A DNA stretch of 63,783 nucleotides, the filler included, from Reclinomonas americana ATCC 50394 (lineage: Eukaryota), in assembly GCA_048213135.1 (NCBI GenBank). It is 29 parts of 29 records of this genome, joined end to end, with 100 filler letters (N's around TTAATTAATTAA, not from the genome) between each part and the next. Parts side by side here need not be neighbours in the genome. Positions count along the whole stretch, not along the records: positions 21,506 to 24,043 come from AFZH01024853.1; positions 24,144 to 26,681 come from AFZH01024854.1; positions 26,782 to 29,314 come from AFZH01024855.1; positions 29,415 to 31,948 come from AFZH01024856.1; positions 32,049 to 34,580 come from AFZH01024857.1; 24 more parts are not named here. One strand, 5' to 3'. The notes beneath the pieces were generated by a model. The model worked only from the letters and a program-made list of their open reading frames with translations, was not told the origin of the DNA and ran no database searches. Positions 21,531 through 32,049 of the stretch are shown here, piece after piece. Positions within the stretch are counted from its first letter, which is position 1. The number at the start of each line of letters is the position of its first letter. Made by a program: the position numbers and the translations under genes.

Positions 21531-24043
21531 ATGGCGAAGGAGGAGAAGGCCAACTTGTGCCTCTTCGTTGTGTGTGTGCGCAGCCGACATGCTGGAATCG
21601 TCGGCGGCGTTCTCGGCCACCGATGTGGATGTGATTGTGCTGCCCGACTTGGAGGCAGATGCGGGTGGCGCACGGACTCCGTCACTGAGTCTCGTGGCGA
21701 TCGACGACGACGACGACGACGACGAGTACGCCAACAATGCGGAGAATGATACAGATCGCGACTTTGAAGATGAAGAGGAGGACGACGAAGAAGAGGACGA
21801 TGGCGACAAGGTGACGACAGCGCGGACCACTGTGCACAATGTAGACTTCCCGATGTCCCGCAGATTTTCTCTCTCGTCACATGCATGAATGATGATGATA
21901 ACGGCTAAGAACTTTTTGGGTTTTGCGTGGAAGTGCGACATGCTCACGGTGGAAGGAGGTTACTGTGTCACGCACCGCACACATCGCCGATCACACACAC
22001 ACATGCACACTCACGCGCGATCACACACAGGCGATCCGCGTCCTCAAGTGCCGCTCAGTCGTCTACGTGAGATCGCTCGCGATCGTCTCGCCAAGTTCTC
22101 CTCGCAGCCGGAGAACGGTGCCGTCAGTGCTCACTTGCGCGGTGTATACGCCTCTGTGCTTGTTGGTGCGTCTCACACACACAGCGAGAGAGAGGAAAGA
22201 GGTGGACAACTGATCTCGTGGTTGTGTGCACACACTCACAGAGGAGTCGCGACAAGACGCGCGTGCGACTGCCTCTGCGGTTGTGCGACGCGCACGGGAG
22301 ACTGCACAGCGACAGCAGGCGACGACCACCGCTGCAGCCGCGGTGGCGACCATGTCGACCTCGCCGCTCTTTGTGAGGTCCACTGAGGCGTTGGAGAAGC
22401 ATCGTTTGCACAGCGAGCAGGTGCCGAGCGAAGCACCGCAGGCACAACCGTTGTTTACGCAGACTGCGCGACAGCTGCGCTTGAGTAATTCGATCGACAT
22501 GCGCGCGTCGGTGCATGCGGTTGGTGGGCCGACAGATGCGTCGGCGATGGCCAGCAGTGCACTGCCGTCGTCGCGATCACACGTCACTGGTGCGAATGTG
22601 CTGCCGGTTGGGCGACCGGTGCTGAGTGTCAACGATCCGAACGAGCATGTGGCGCCGCCGTTGCCGAGTCGGGCGGAGCAGGAGGCGCTAATGGCCGGAG
22701 AGGGACGCAATGGCAGTGCTGCGTCCTCGCGTCGCTCGTCATCTGGTTCCGTGCAGCGTGCAGCTTCCTCTAGCCGCAAGTCCGCCACCGCCGGCTCGTC
22801 CAAACCAGCTCCGCCGCAACGACGGCCACTCTCCAGCTACAATCAGCAGTCGCCACTACGACCGACCGCCGAGCCAAAGGTACCTTCCTCCTCCCCTCTT
22901 TCCCTCCAACTTCTGCCGTGTCCCTTGTTCACCCAGAGTGTGTGTTTGGTGACGAACAAACAGAGCCCGCAAGAGAGTGCTGCCGTGTTCCGCATTGTTA
23001 CGCCACCAAAAGGAGTGCGCTTCAGTAGCGCTCGCGACATGGACGACGCCACACGTGTGACGGATGAGCAGAACGGGAGGGCGGTGATTTCGGCTCCGCG
23101 ATCACGACCTCTGTCGGCATCTCGTCGATCGCCGAGCAGAGGAAACGGTAGCAATGGTCGCGGAGGAGGTGGTGGTGATGGAAAGAGGCAACCAGCACAT
23201 GCATCTGCGGCGCCCCCTTCGTCGTCCACATCGCCTGGCCGTCGGTCGCCCAGTTCGATTCGGCAGTTCTACAAGCCGCCAGATGAAATGGTAGCACGTG
23301 CACGTGCTGCCGAGGAAGCTCGGATTGAGGCCGCGCGTGCGTTGGCTGCAGCGGAGGCTGAAGCAGCTGAAGCATCTGCTGCGGCGACGGCGGCCTCCCG
23401 TGGTTCAGATCGCTCTCGACGCTCCGTCGACAAGGGCTCGTACAGTAACCGCATGACACGTAGCTTGAATTCGGCCATGCTGCGTGACAATGTGAAGGGC
23501 AAGCCACGGCAACCGGCGCTGGTGAGCGCCGACAACGAGGCGTTCCCGTATGAGGTGAGTCGCGGGTGGCATGTCTTGCATGCAAGCGTACCGCTCACTG
23601 CTTGTGTGCAGGCGGTCAACGCACACAACGGCGAGCAGCACTTTCAAACCCGCCAGTCGCCGCCAATGCGACAACGAAGTCGGAGTCCGGCACGAGAGGT
23701 TTGTGCGCCTGTTCGGGTCGTCTGTTTTTTACTTTCACAAGCCTTCCTTACACTGCACTCGACAGAGGTCGGCAAAGCGGAGTACCACACCGCCGCGCAC
23801 CTCGCCAGCAGCCACCAAAGTTGTCTCTAAACGCGCAGGAACCACCGGTGTCGTCGAGCGCACGCTGTTTGGTGAGCGAGGCAGCCGACTTGTTGCGCGC
23901 GTGCGTGTATAACAATGTGATGTAACTCATGTGCGGCAAATGCAGACGAGCAAATGCTACGTCGCGAATTGCAGAAACTCGATCGTCAGCTGGCGTCGAC
24001 CAGGAGCAAGTGGCAGGAAGTGCAAACGGTTTGCCACAGTGGG
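21531..24043 (+). CDS. Hypothetical spliced protein, largely disordered (acidic and Ser/Arg/Pro-rich) with coiled-coil segments
   Basis: Long ORF 22226..23830 interrupted by recognisable short introns. No family motif recognised. Confidence 0.5.
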
Positions 24044-24143
24044 NNNNNNNNNNNNNNNNNNNNNNNNNNNNNNNNNNNNNNNNNNNNTTAATTAATTAAN
24101 NNNNNNNNNNNNNNNNNNNNNNNNNNNNNNNNNNNNNNNNNNN

Positions 24144-26681
24144 TAGCCGAAGAGGACGATGTAGACAGTCGACAGCGACTGCGGCGGCGACCTCGTTTGT
24201 TGCAGCGTCGTCGACTCTCTTCCTCCGCCACGCGGCATCAAAAGGAGGAAAAGGAAGAGGAGGTGGAGGTGGAGGAGGCGGAGGTGGAAGCGCCAGAGGA
24301 GATTGATGAGGTGGACGACGCCAGCGACGTGGAGGCAGCAGCCACCACGCTCGACATTAGCAGCCTCATGGCGTTGCAGGATTTGCTGGCGGAGAAAGCG
24401 CGACTGGATCGGGAGATTGCCGATGTGCGAGACAGGTGCGCCGGCAGTGATGATGTCTCTTCTCATTCTCATCTTGCCCCTCATATTTGTTCCCTTTACA
24501 AAGGGCCTACTACATGCGAACCATGCTGAAAGCGCGCAAACACAAGAGCCCCAAGACACCACCTCCCGTAGCACCGCTGTCGTCACCGGATTCACCCCTC
24601 GCTCTCTTGTCCACCGTTCCCCCGTCGCAGTCGTCGCCACCTCCTTCTCCACCTCCCGCGGCTCCCGCACCGGCAATCAAGGCGCCACCACCAGCACCAG
24701 CACCGCCAGCAGTTCCACTCGGCTTCCTCACCTGGCAGCCACCATTGCTGTTCGCTGGCCACTCATGTGACGACGACTTTTCTACGCCGCGTCGACCTCC
24801 GTCTGACGTTGTTGTCGCCCCAAGTCATGCGAGTGAGCCGCCGATGCCACCACCACCAGCGCCGCCGCCGCCACCAGCATGGACAGGCGCGGACGTGGTG
24901 CCGGTGCGGACAATGGAGCTGCCAATGTCGGGTAGTGAGAGCAGTTCCGACGAGTCCAACAGCGCCTGCGTCGGGCAGACTCTGTTGGACGAATCGCTCT
25001 CTTCCTTGGCTGCTGCTGCTGGCGAGAGGGACGAGAGTCAGCAGCGGGAGGTGCTTGATCCTCCGCGTCCTCGCAAGCGACTATTCACGTCGCCCGATGG
25101 ACCAGCGGTGGCATCTGTCGACGACCTCGGTCGTGGTGTGGACGAGGAGGAGGAGGAGGAGGAGGGGCAGGGGGAAGAGGAAGAGGACGAAAGGAGGCAA
25201 GATAGTAGAGCACAAGCTGGCACACTCTCCGCGCAGCCTCGCGGACATGCGGTTCGACGGCGACGACGGCGAGCGTGCGTCTATTGTTGTGCTGTTGCTG
25301 TGCTTCTCCTCCTTCCATCCCACTCACCCTCCTGTGTGCCACAGAGTGGATCTCCTTCGCACCGCCGCAGTGTTCTCGCAGTCGTCTCTCTCATCGCTGG
25401 ACTCGGCCCTGGAGGCTCGACCGATGAAGAGACCAAAGTCGCGCACGCTGTCCGAGGTACTTGCAGACAATGACTCTAATTCGGCGCCGGCGACTGCCAT
25501 TCCCGCGGCCGGCTTCGCGTCGGTGACTGGCGCGTATGGTTCACGATGGACTGCTGCGGAGGTGATGGTGGCACTGCCGCTGTCGGATCCCGACGATGAC
25601 TTTGAGGCGCTGATTGAGTTGGCGGACGATTTGAGCACACGAGACAGTCACGATGCTGATTGGTGTGCGACAACGGGCGACGAGGGTGATGAAGATGAAG
25701 AGGTGCAGCAGCGAATGCTGGAGCTCTACGGCGGGGACGACGTTGTTGAGCTCGGCGACGACGACTCTGACGAGCGTCGTGAGATGCAGCTGGATGAGTA
25801 TGACGGCGACGGGGAAGCAGAAGACAGTGGCGCGCCTGCGGCATTTCGGGCACTTGCAAAGCGCGGCATGTCGCCGCCGCTGCGTCGCAAAGCATCTCCT
25901 TCGTCACAGCAGAAGCAGGAACGGGAGCAGGAGCAGCAGGAGCTTTCGTCGCCAGTGTTGACTCGTCGTGCTGTGGTTTGTTGTTTTTTGTACGTTGTCG
26001 ATGGATTGTTTGGTCTCCTCACTCTCTTGTCTTCTCCTTCTTTTGAAGCGGTTGTTGCCAGCCGGCGTTGTGGACGTGGACGCGATGCCTGAGATGTGCG
26101 CCACTTCGATTCTTCCTTTCCGGTCACGTGAGTTTTCTTACATTGATTTGTCGGCGCAGGTACGTTAGAGCTAGTTCACCGCCGGATGGCGCGAGCGAGA
26201 GGCTGTCGAGCGCATTCACTGGCGATGCATCAGGTCAGCTGTTCTCTGCTCCATTCACCGTTCATTGTTCTCCCTTTGTCACCCATCTCACGACCGCAGA
26301 GCATCCTATCGTATTTGACGTGCCAGTGGCCGTCGGAGCCAGCCGACAGCCAGCTGCTTCTGGTCGTCGACTGCGGAATGCGGTTGCCCTGCCTCCACGT
26401 TGCGCAGGCAGTTCTATCTTTCAATTCACAATTCACTGCGTGCTCACTCTCCCTCCACGTCGCAGCATCGCCCTCGTCCAACATGGAGGCGCCAGTGTCG
26501 CACTTTGGACAGCGACCGAATCCTCGCCTGATAAAGGGCGGCCGTGGAAGAGGCGCAGCAGCATCTCACATGTGCGTGCCGCACTCGTGACCCTTTGCAT
26601 GCATGAGTATTCGTAACGAGTTGTCTCCACGATCACAGTCGGCCATCGCCTCGTGCCGACGGCAGTCCGGGCAGTATTACG
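24144..26681 (+). CDS. Copy B of the low-complexity spliced gene at 2764-5318
   Basis: Collinear over the whole contig with nearly the same ends. Exons are near-identical and introns more diverged. Confidence 0.6.
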
Positions 26682-26786
26682 NNNNNNNNNNNNNNNNNNN
26701 NNNNNNNNNNNNNNNNNNNNNNNNNTTAATTAATTAANNNNNNNNNNNNNNNNNNNNNNNNNNNNNNNNNNNNNNNNNNNNCTGAC

Positions 26787-28010
26787 GTGCCAGCGCTGTT
26801 CGCGACGGTCACGGAGTGGCTGATGAAGCACCGATCCTCTCTTCCACGGTGGGTGAATCGCGCGATGGAGTCGGTCGCCCGCAATCCGGACGGCATCCTC
26901 GGCCGCATCGCCTCGAAGTTGCTCGGAGGGGGTGCCGTCGTGGCGCCGACGACGGTGCCCGACACGGCGATCCGCCTCTACATCGCCCCCACGAACTACT
27001 CAGGCCAGGCTTTCGCCTGGGCGCGGGCCGCAGAAGCGGCCGACGATCGCATCGGGGCTCGGAACGTCGCCGTCGAACTGCCGGGCGGCTTCCTCTTCCC
27101 CGCGGACACCACCGTGCCGATCGCGACCGTGAACTCGTCCTTGAGCTGGGCCGAGGGGGAATGGGCGTCGGCGACGCGTTTCACCCACGTCCTGATCGAG
27201 GCGGAGCGCTCGCTGTTCGGGCGGCTCTTCGAGCGGGATCTCCCGCGTGAGATCGCCGCCCTGCAGGACGCGGGGATCTCGGTCGCCTATCTGTGCCACG
27301 GGACCGACATCCGCGACCCCCGCGGACATGCCGACCGCACGCCGTGGTCGCCGTACCCGGAAGACCCGCGGACGGCCGTGCTCCACGCCGATGCGGTCCG
27401 CAATCTCGAGCTCCTGCGCGCCGTGCCGCTGCCGACCTTCGTCTCCACCCCGGATCTCCTCGACGACGTCCCCTGGGCCACGTGGTGCCCGGTGGCGATC
27501 GATGTGCAGCGTTTCGCCTCGACCCGTCGTCCTTTCAGCGGCGCCACCCCCCTCGTGATCCATGCCTCGAGTTCCGCAGTGCAGAAGGGCAGCCATCTCA
27601 TCGAGCCTGCGTTGGCTCCGCTGCGCGACGCCGGGCGGCTCGACTATCAGCTCGTGACGGGCGCGACGGCATCCGACATGCCGGGGATCTACGAGTCGGC
27701 CGACATCGTGCTGGACCAGTTCCGCCTGGGGTCCTACGGCGTCGCCGCGTGCGAGGCGATGGCCGCCGGTCGCGTCGTCATCGGGCACGTGCTGCCGAGC
27801 GTGCGAGAACGCGTGCGAGACCTCACGGGCATGGATCTGCCGATCGTCGAAGCGACACCCGACACGCTCCGAGAGGTGCTGACGCGGATCCTCGACGATC
27901 CCGAATCGGCGGCCCTGGCGGCCCAAGCGGGGCCTGTCTTCGTGGCGGCCGTGCACTCCGGCTCAGCGAGTGCGCGCGCGCTCATCTCCGAGTGGATCGA
28001 CGCCGACTGA
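26787..28010 (+). CDS. Bacterial GT-B glycosyltransferase (GT4-like), probably 5'-truncated
   Basis: 407-aa intronless high-GC ORF with QKGS...ADIVLDQFRLGSYGVAACEAMAAGRVVI. Confidence 0.85.
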   Translation: MPALFATVTEWLMKHRSSLPRWVNRAMESVARNPDGILGRIASKLLGGGAVVAPTTVPDTAIRLYIAPTNYSGQAFAWARAAEAADDRIGARNVAVELPGGFLFPADTTVPIATVNSSLSWAEGEWASATRFTHVLIEAERSLFGRLFERDLPREIAALQDAGISVAYLCHGTDIRDPRGHADRTPWSPYPEDPRTAVLHADAVRNLELLRAVPLPTFVSTPDLLDDVPWATWCPVAIDVQRFASTRRPFSGATPLVIHASSSAVQKGSHLIEPALAPLRDAGRLDYQLVTGATASDMPGIYESADIVLDQFRLGSYGVAACEAMAAGRVVIGHVLPSVRERVRDLTGMDLPIVEATPDTLREVLTRILDDPESAALAAQAGPVFVAAVHSGSASARALISEWIDAD

Positions 28011-29156
28011 CGCCTCGTCCGTGGTCGTCGCGATCCTGGCCTGGTCGCGGCGATCCTTCCACCGCCGCATCCGCTTCTCCACCGGACGCTCGACGAAGCT
28101 GTGCAGTGCCCACGCCGCGACGATGTCCACGGCGAGCAGTGCGAAGAACCAGAGGATATTCGTCCACGACGGCTCCTGGAAGCCGAAGATCCGCAAGGCG
28201 ATGTAGATGAACGTCGCATGCACGAGATAGAAGGCGAACGACCACTCGCCGAGCTTGACCTGGATTCGCGATTCGAAGAACGACCGCTTGCCGGCGAGGG
28301 ATCGCGAAGCGAGTGACACGATCGCGAGCGCGCAGGCCACGGTGAAGAGCTCGTTCGTGAAGGTCGGCATGTACTGCAGGATCGGCACCCCGAGCAGGTA
28401 TCTCTGCGAGAGGAGCGACGCACCGATGACGACGACCATGGAGCCGACCCCGATGACGGGATGGATGCGGGGACGCCAGCCCGATCGCATCGCCCATGCG
28501 AGCGCCATGCCGAGCACGAACTCCGGAAGGTGCTGCACCGGAAGCGGGACGAGGACGAGGACGGACTCCGGCCAGAGGATGACCGAGAGACGGTAGACGA
28601 ACGCGTAGAGCACCACGCCGCCGGCGAAGAACAGCGCGCCGCGGCGGAGCGTCGGGACGAGCACCCGAGAGACCCACGGATGCAGCGCGTAGAAGAAGGC
28701 CTCGCAGGTGAGCGTCCACGCCGCCGGGTTGCCCGAGAACAGGATGAGCGGCGCGAGCCACCAGCCCTGCAGCAGGATGACCGAGAGCGAGAGGATGCCG
28801 GCGTCGAAGGGCTTGAGGAAGCTGCCCTCCGGGACCGTGCCGAGCGTGTAGAACACGGGGATCGCCAGCAGCAGCGCCACGATGTGCGACGGCCAGATGC
28901 GCGCGAACCGCCGCCAGTAGAACGTCGACGTCGAGACCCGGGGGCGCGCAGACCACGTGAGCACGAAGCCCGACAGCACGAAGAAGAACGTCACACCGTA
29001 GTAGCCCTGTGCGAACAGCTTCGTGATCGGACCGGGAAGAGGGGCGAAGACGAGGATGTGGTAGAAGAACACCACGAACGCCGCCCACCACCGAAGACCG
29101 GTGAGCGCGTCGAGTCGCGCGGTGGGCTGTGCGAGGGTCGTTGAGGCGTGCAGCAG
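27963..29156 (-). CDS. Bacterial acyltransferase family 3 (OafA/YrhL-like O-acyltransferase); probable CTG start
   Basis: RLDALTGLRWWAAFVVFFYH, GVTFFFVLSGFVL, FYWRRFARIWP, WTLTCEAFFY, LGEWSFAFYLVH, FVERP. The conserved N-terminus extends upstream of the tracked GTG at 29075. Confidence 0.92.
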   Translation of the reverse strand: MLHASTTLAQPTARLDALTGLRWWAAFVVFFYHILVFAPLPGPITKLFAQGYYGVTFFFVLSGFVLTWSARPRVSTSTFYWRRFARIWPSHIVALLLAIPVFYTLGTVPEGSFLKPFDAGILSLSVILLQGWWLAPLILFSGNPAAWTLTCEAFFYALHPWVSRVLVPTLRRGALFFAGGVVLYAFVYRLSVILWPESVLVLVPLPVQHLPEFVLGMALAWAMRSGWRPRIHPVIGVGSMVVVIGASLLSQRYLLGVPILQYMPTFTNELFTVACALAIVSLASRSLAGKRSFFESRIQVKLGEWSFAFYLVHATFIYIALRIFGFQEPSWTNILWFFALLAVDIVAAWALHSFVERPVEKRMRRWKDRRDQARIATTTDEASVGVDPLGDERARTR

Positions 29157-29195
29157 CTGATTCCTGTCCTGATGTCGTCGCGGAAGTCCCCGGTG

Positions 29196-29201
29196 AGTCT
29201 A
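29196..29201 (-). promoter_or_regulatory. Putative actinobacterial -10 box TAGACT for the acyltransferase
   Basis: TANNNT consensus about 40 nt upstream of the proposed start. Confidence 0.45.
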
Positions 29202-29247
29202 CCAATGGCTCGCCGGACACCGGTTGGTCGCCATCAGGCTCGCCCCG

Positions 29248-29253
29248 TAGGAT
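29248..29253 (+). promoter_or_regulatory. Putative -10 box TAGGAT, leaderless transcript
   Basis: TANNNT 7 nt before GTG 29261 with no Shine-Dalgarno, a common arrangement in Actinobacteria. Confidence 0.5.
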
Positions 29254-29260
29254 CGTTTCG

Positions 29261-29314
29261 GTGAGCGGATACGACGTCGACGTGGTCATTGCGGTGCATT
29301 CGGCGGAGCGACCG
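29261..29314 (+). CDS. Glycosyltransferase family 2, N-terminal fragment
   Basis: MSGYDVDVVIAVHSAERP resembles the first strand of GT2 (VSVVIPxYN). Confidence 0.65.
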
Positions 29315-29414
29315 NNNNNNNNNNNNNNNNNNNNNNNNNNNNNNNNNNNNNNNNNNNNTTAATTAATTAANNNNNNNNNNNNNNNNNNNNNNNNNNNNNN
29401 NNNNNNNNNNNNNN

Positions 29415-29473
29415 GGACAAAAGGCTCAAACTCGCGGATTTTCTCGACGTCGCTCTGCGCTGATGTGCACAGG

Positions 29474-29523
<50 letters not shown>

Positions 29524-31948
29524 TCCCTTCCGTGGTGCTGATGCTCTCACACATGCACACAGAGCCACCGCATTCAGCTCGAGACATGGGCCGCACGATG
29601 TCTGCGGCAGCGACAGGCCGACGACGCACTGGCTCGTGAGATTGCTGATGCCCCGATGGAGCTGCGTTTCTCATCCGCAGACACCAACGACGATGATGAG
29701 ATGCCAGTTGATGGCGTCCTCGAGCGCGTTGCGCCGAAGAACGATCCGGTGATGATCGACGGTGGCGGCAGTCTCCGTGAGTCCGCCGCTGCAGCCCCCA
29801 TGGACGATGATGATGACGAGGACGAAGAAGAGGATGTGGAGAGTGTTTGTGCAAGCGACGGTGTGTTGCTGCGGTTTCTGCTTCGTGACATCCCTGTTGG
29901 TTCATTCTCACGTTGTGGGTGATGCAGACTATGTGTGCGTCGAGGAAGAGGCTGAGCCGAGCTCGGACGAGGACGAGGACGAGGACTATGATTATGAGGC
30001 GTACGCCGCTGATGAGAGTGAGCGAGAGCTTCAGCGCGACCTCAAGCGGGCTGCTGCCGAGCTGGAGGCGTTCACTGACGAGGAGCATCAGCGCGTTGTG
30101 AACATGATTGAGGAATTCACTGCCAAGCAGATGGTACGTGCGCATGTGATCGTCATCATGCTAATGTTACTACTGGTGATGCGAGTGCCTGAGTATGCCT
30201 GTGTGCACAGAAAGTCATCCCGCCCGACAACCCGTTCGCGCCTGCCAAATCACTCGAACACGCCCTTCTCATGCAATTCATCGAGCTGGTGAAACTCAGT
30301 CACAGCCAACAAGAGCTGCTTTATGCGCTTCTCACGTATCCCCGAGCCAACTTCAACAAGGACACCACCCCGAAGACATCCGACTGGCGGTGCAAGTTGA
30401 GCACATTTGGGCTTGCGGCGTCGGAGTATGTGGAGAGCGTCACGCACTTCAACGAGCAACCAGGCCACTACATGCGGCTGGAGAAGGCCATTGCTCGTCA
30501 GCTGGCACTGCCTGGTACACTGGCTAGCCTCACACCTCGTCACTTGCATGCTACTGGCAAGGTATTTTGTGTTTCGACGCGCCCAGCGTGTGTGTCTCCC
30601 TGACCAACGACCCCCGGCACCTCCGCAGACACCCGGCAGTGTTGTTCGTCGCGGGCCCATGACAGGGGCGCGAGTGAAGACGAAGGAGCTGCATGCTCTT
30701 GTCACGTATGCGACCCTCGGGAACGGCGAGCGCGTCGCTCTCTGGAAGAACTCTTTTGTGTGCGCTGCTGTTAACGGCGCGGACGTGATTGCCAAGGTGC
30801 TGAATTCGTGGGATGTCGTTGAGTTGTTGATCATCATCCACTGTCGTTTGTGCTGGCATGCATCTCGTGTTACCAACGTGTACTCGTGCGCATGTGGCAG
30901 GTGGGGCCCAACGGAGTCAACAGAACCGTGGTGCAATTGTGGTTGTTTGACAGCCACCCGTATCCCTCAGTTGCACCAATTCATGTTTGATTGTTGTCCC
31001 CTGCGGTAGCGCTGACAAACAGTGCTTTGCACGGCAGAATAATGTTCGTGTTTGGGGTGAACCAGCAGCAGATGTGGCTCAGCGCTTTGCTTGCCTCTTG
31101 GTGTGGCCGAGACATCCGTCAACGGCGGCTGTTGTGGAAGTCACACTCAATCCCGGGACGGTGCTCGGACGAGTTTCCAGTCCAGTGTTCCGATGGAACG
31201 ATGTGGACGTGCTTTCCGCCGATCGTCCACGCAGCGTCCCATTGCTGTGTGTCATTCCAACAAATGTTGTTGCCGGCGGCAAGATGGCCTTTGTGCAATG
31301 CACCGACGATCAGATTCGCGGCACTGAGAGTGGTGTCGCGCTGACGGTAGGTCGTTGCTCTCAGCTGCTTATTTCGCAGTTTGTTTGACTAAGAGAGAGA
31401 GGCTCTCTTGATTGCAGTATGATAACACGATGGAGGTCAGGGCAACAGAGGCCGGCGCGGACGAAGTGGTGGTTGTATTTGTAAAGACAGACTATGATGA
31501 TTTCAAGGGTGAGCGATGTGGACTTTGTTTGTTGCCAGCAGCATGCGTGCACTGACTGTATTCGTTGTCACGCTGATGCAGAGTCACTGAGCACACGCGC
31601 GCAGCGACCAACAGGTGCATTGCACCTGGCGATTGTCAATCGGCCGGCCGATGAGCTGCGCTCTGGAAAATCCCGCTACTTCCCGTGCGTTGGTCTCACG
31701 CCACCAGGTGCGCTTATGCGGGTAGTGATGCGCCGTGTTTACGCTCGAGGCGCTTACGCTCGAGAATGGTCTCGCAGAGACGAGCAACATGTCAGCATAC
31801 AAACAGCTCACCATTTCGATGAACCGGCTTTGAAATGGCTTTGTGGCGGAGATCAATGGCCAGAAGTTGTGGGTGGTCGCCGACCTGCTGTTTCACTCAG
31901 CCGACGGCCCTGAGGCACAGGAGGCTGCTGCGGTTATTCGCCAGCTAC
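29415..31948 (+). mobile_element. Intron-containing DDE transposase (CMC/EnSpm-Plavaka-like), partial, with premature TGA
   Basis: Splicing introns 31509-31581 and 31708-31777 gives VVVFVKTDYDDFKESLSTRAQRPTGALHLAIVNRP...CVGLTPPE...ISMNRL*NGFVAEINGQKLWVVADLLFHSADGPEAQEAAAV. This contains the first (YDDF) and second (ADxP) catalytic-Asp motifs. Acidic N-terminal region. In-frame TGA at 31831-31833. Confidence 0.7.
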
Positions 31949-32049
31949 NNNNNNNNNNNNNNNNNNNNNNNNNNNNNNNNNNNNNNNNNNNNTTAATTAA
32001 TTAANNNNNNNNNNNNNNNNNNNNNNNNNNNNNNNNNNNNNNNNNNNNA

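Noticed and set aside
27000..29289. Long overlapping antisense or alternate-frame ORFs (also 16829..18232 and 58328..59938)
   Set aside because: Expected shadow ORFs of high-GC coding sequence, Arg/Pro-rich with no motifs.
31831..31833. Alternative genetic code (TGA read as sense)
   Set aside because: TGA ends BRCC36 and the WH2 gene, TAA ends H2A, and Trp is TGG in conserved genes. One stop in a transposase is better explained by decay.
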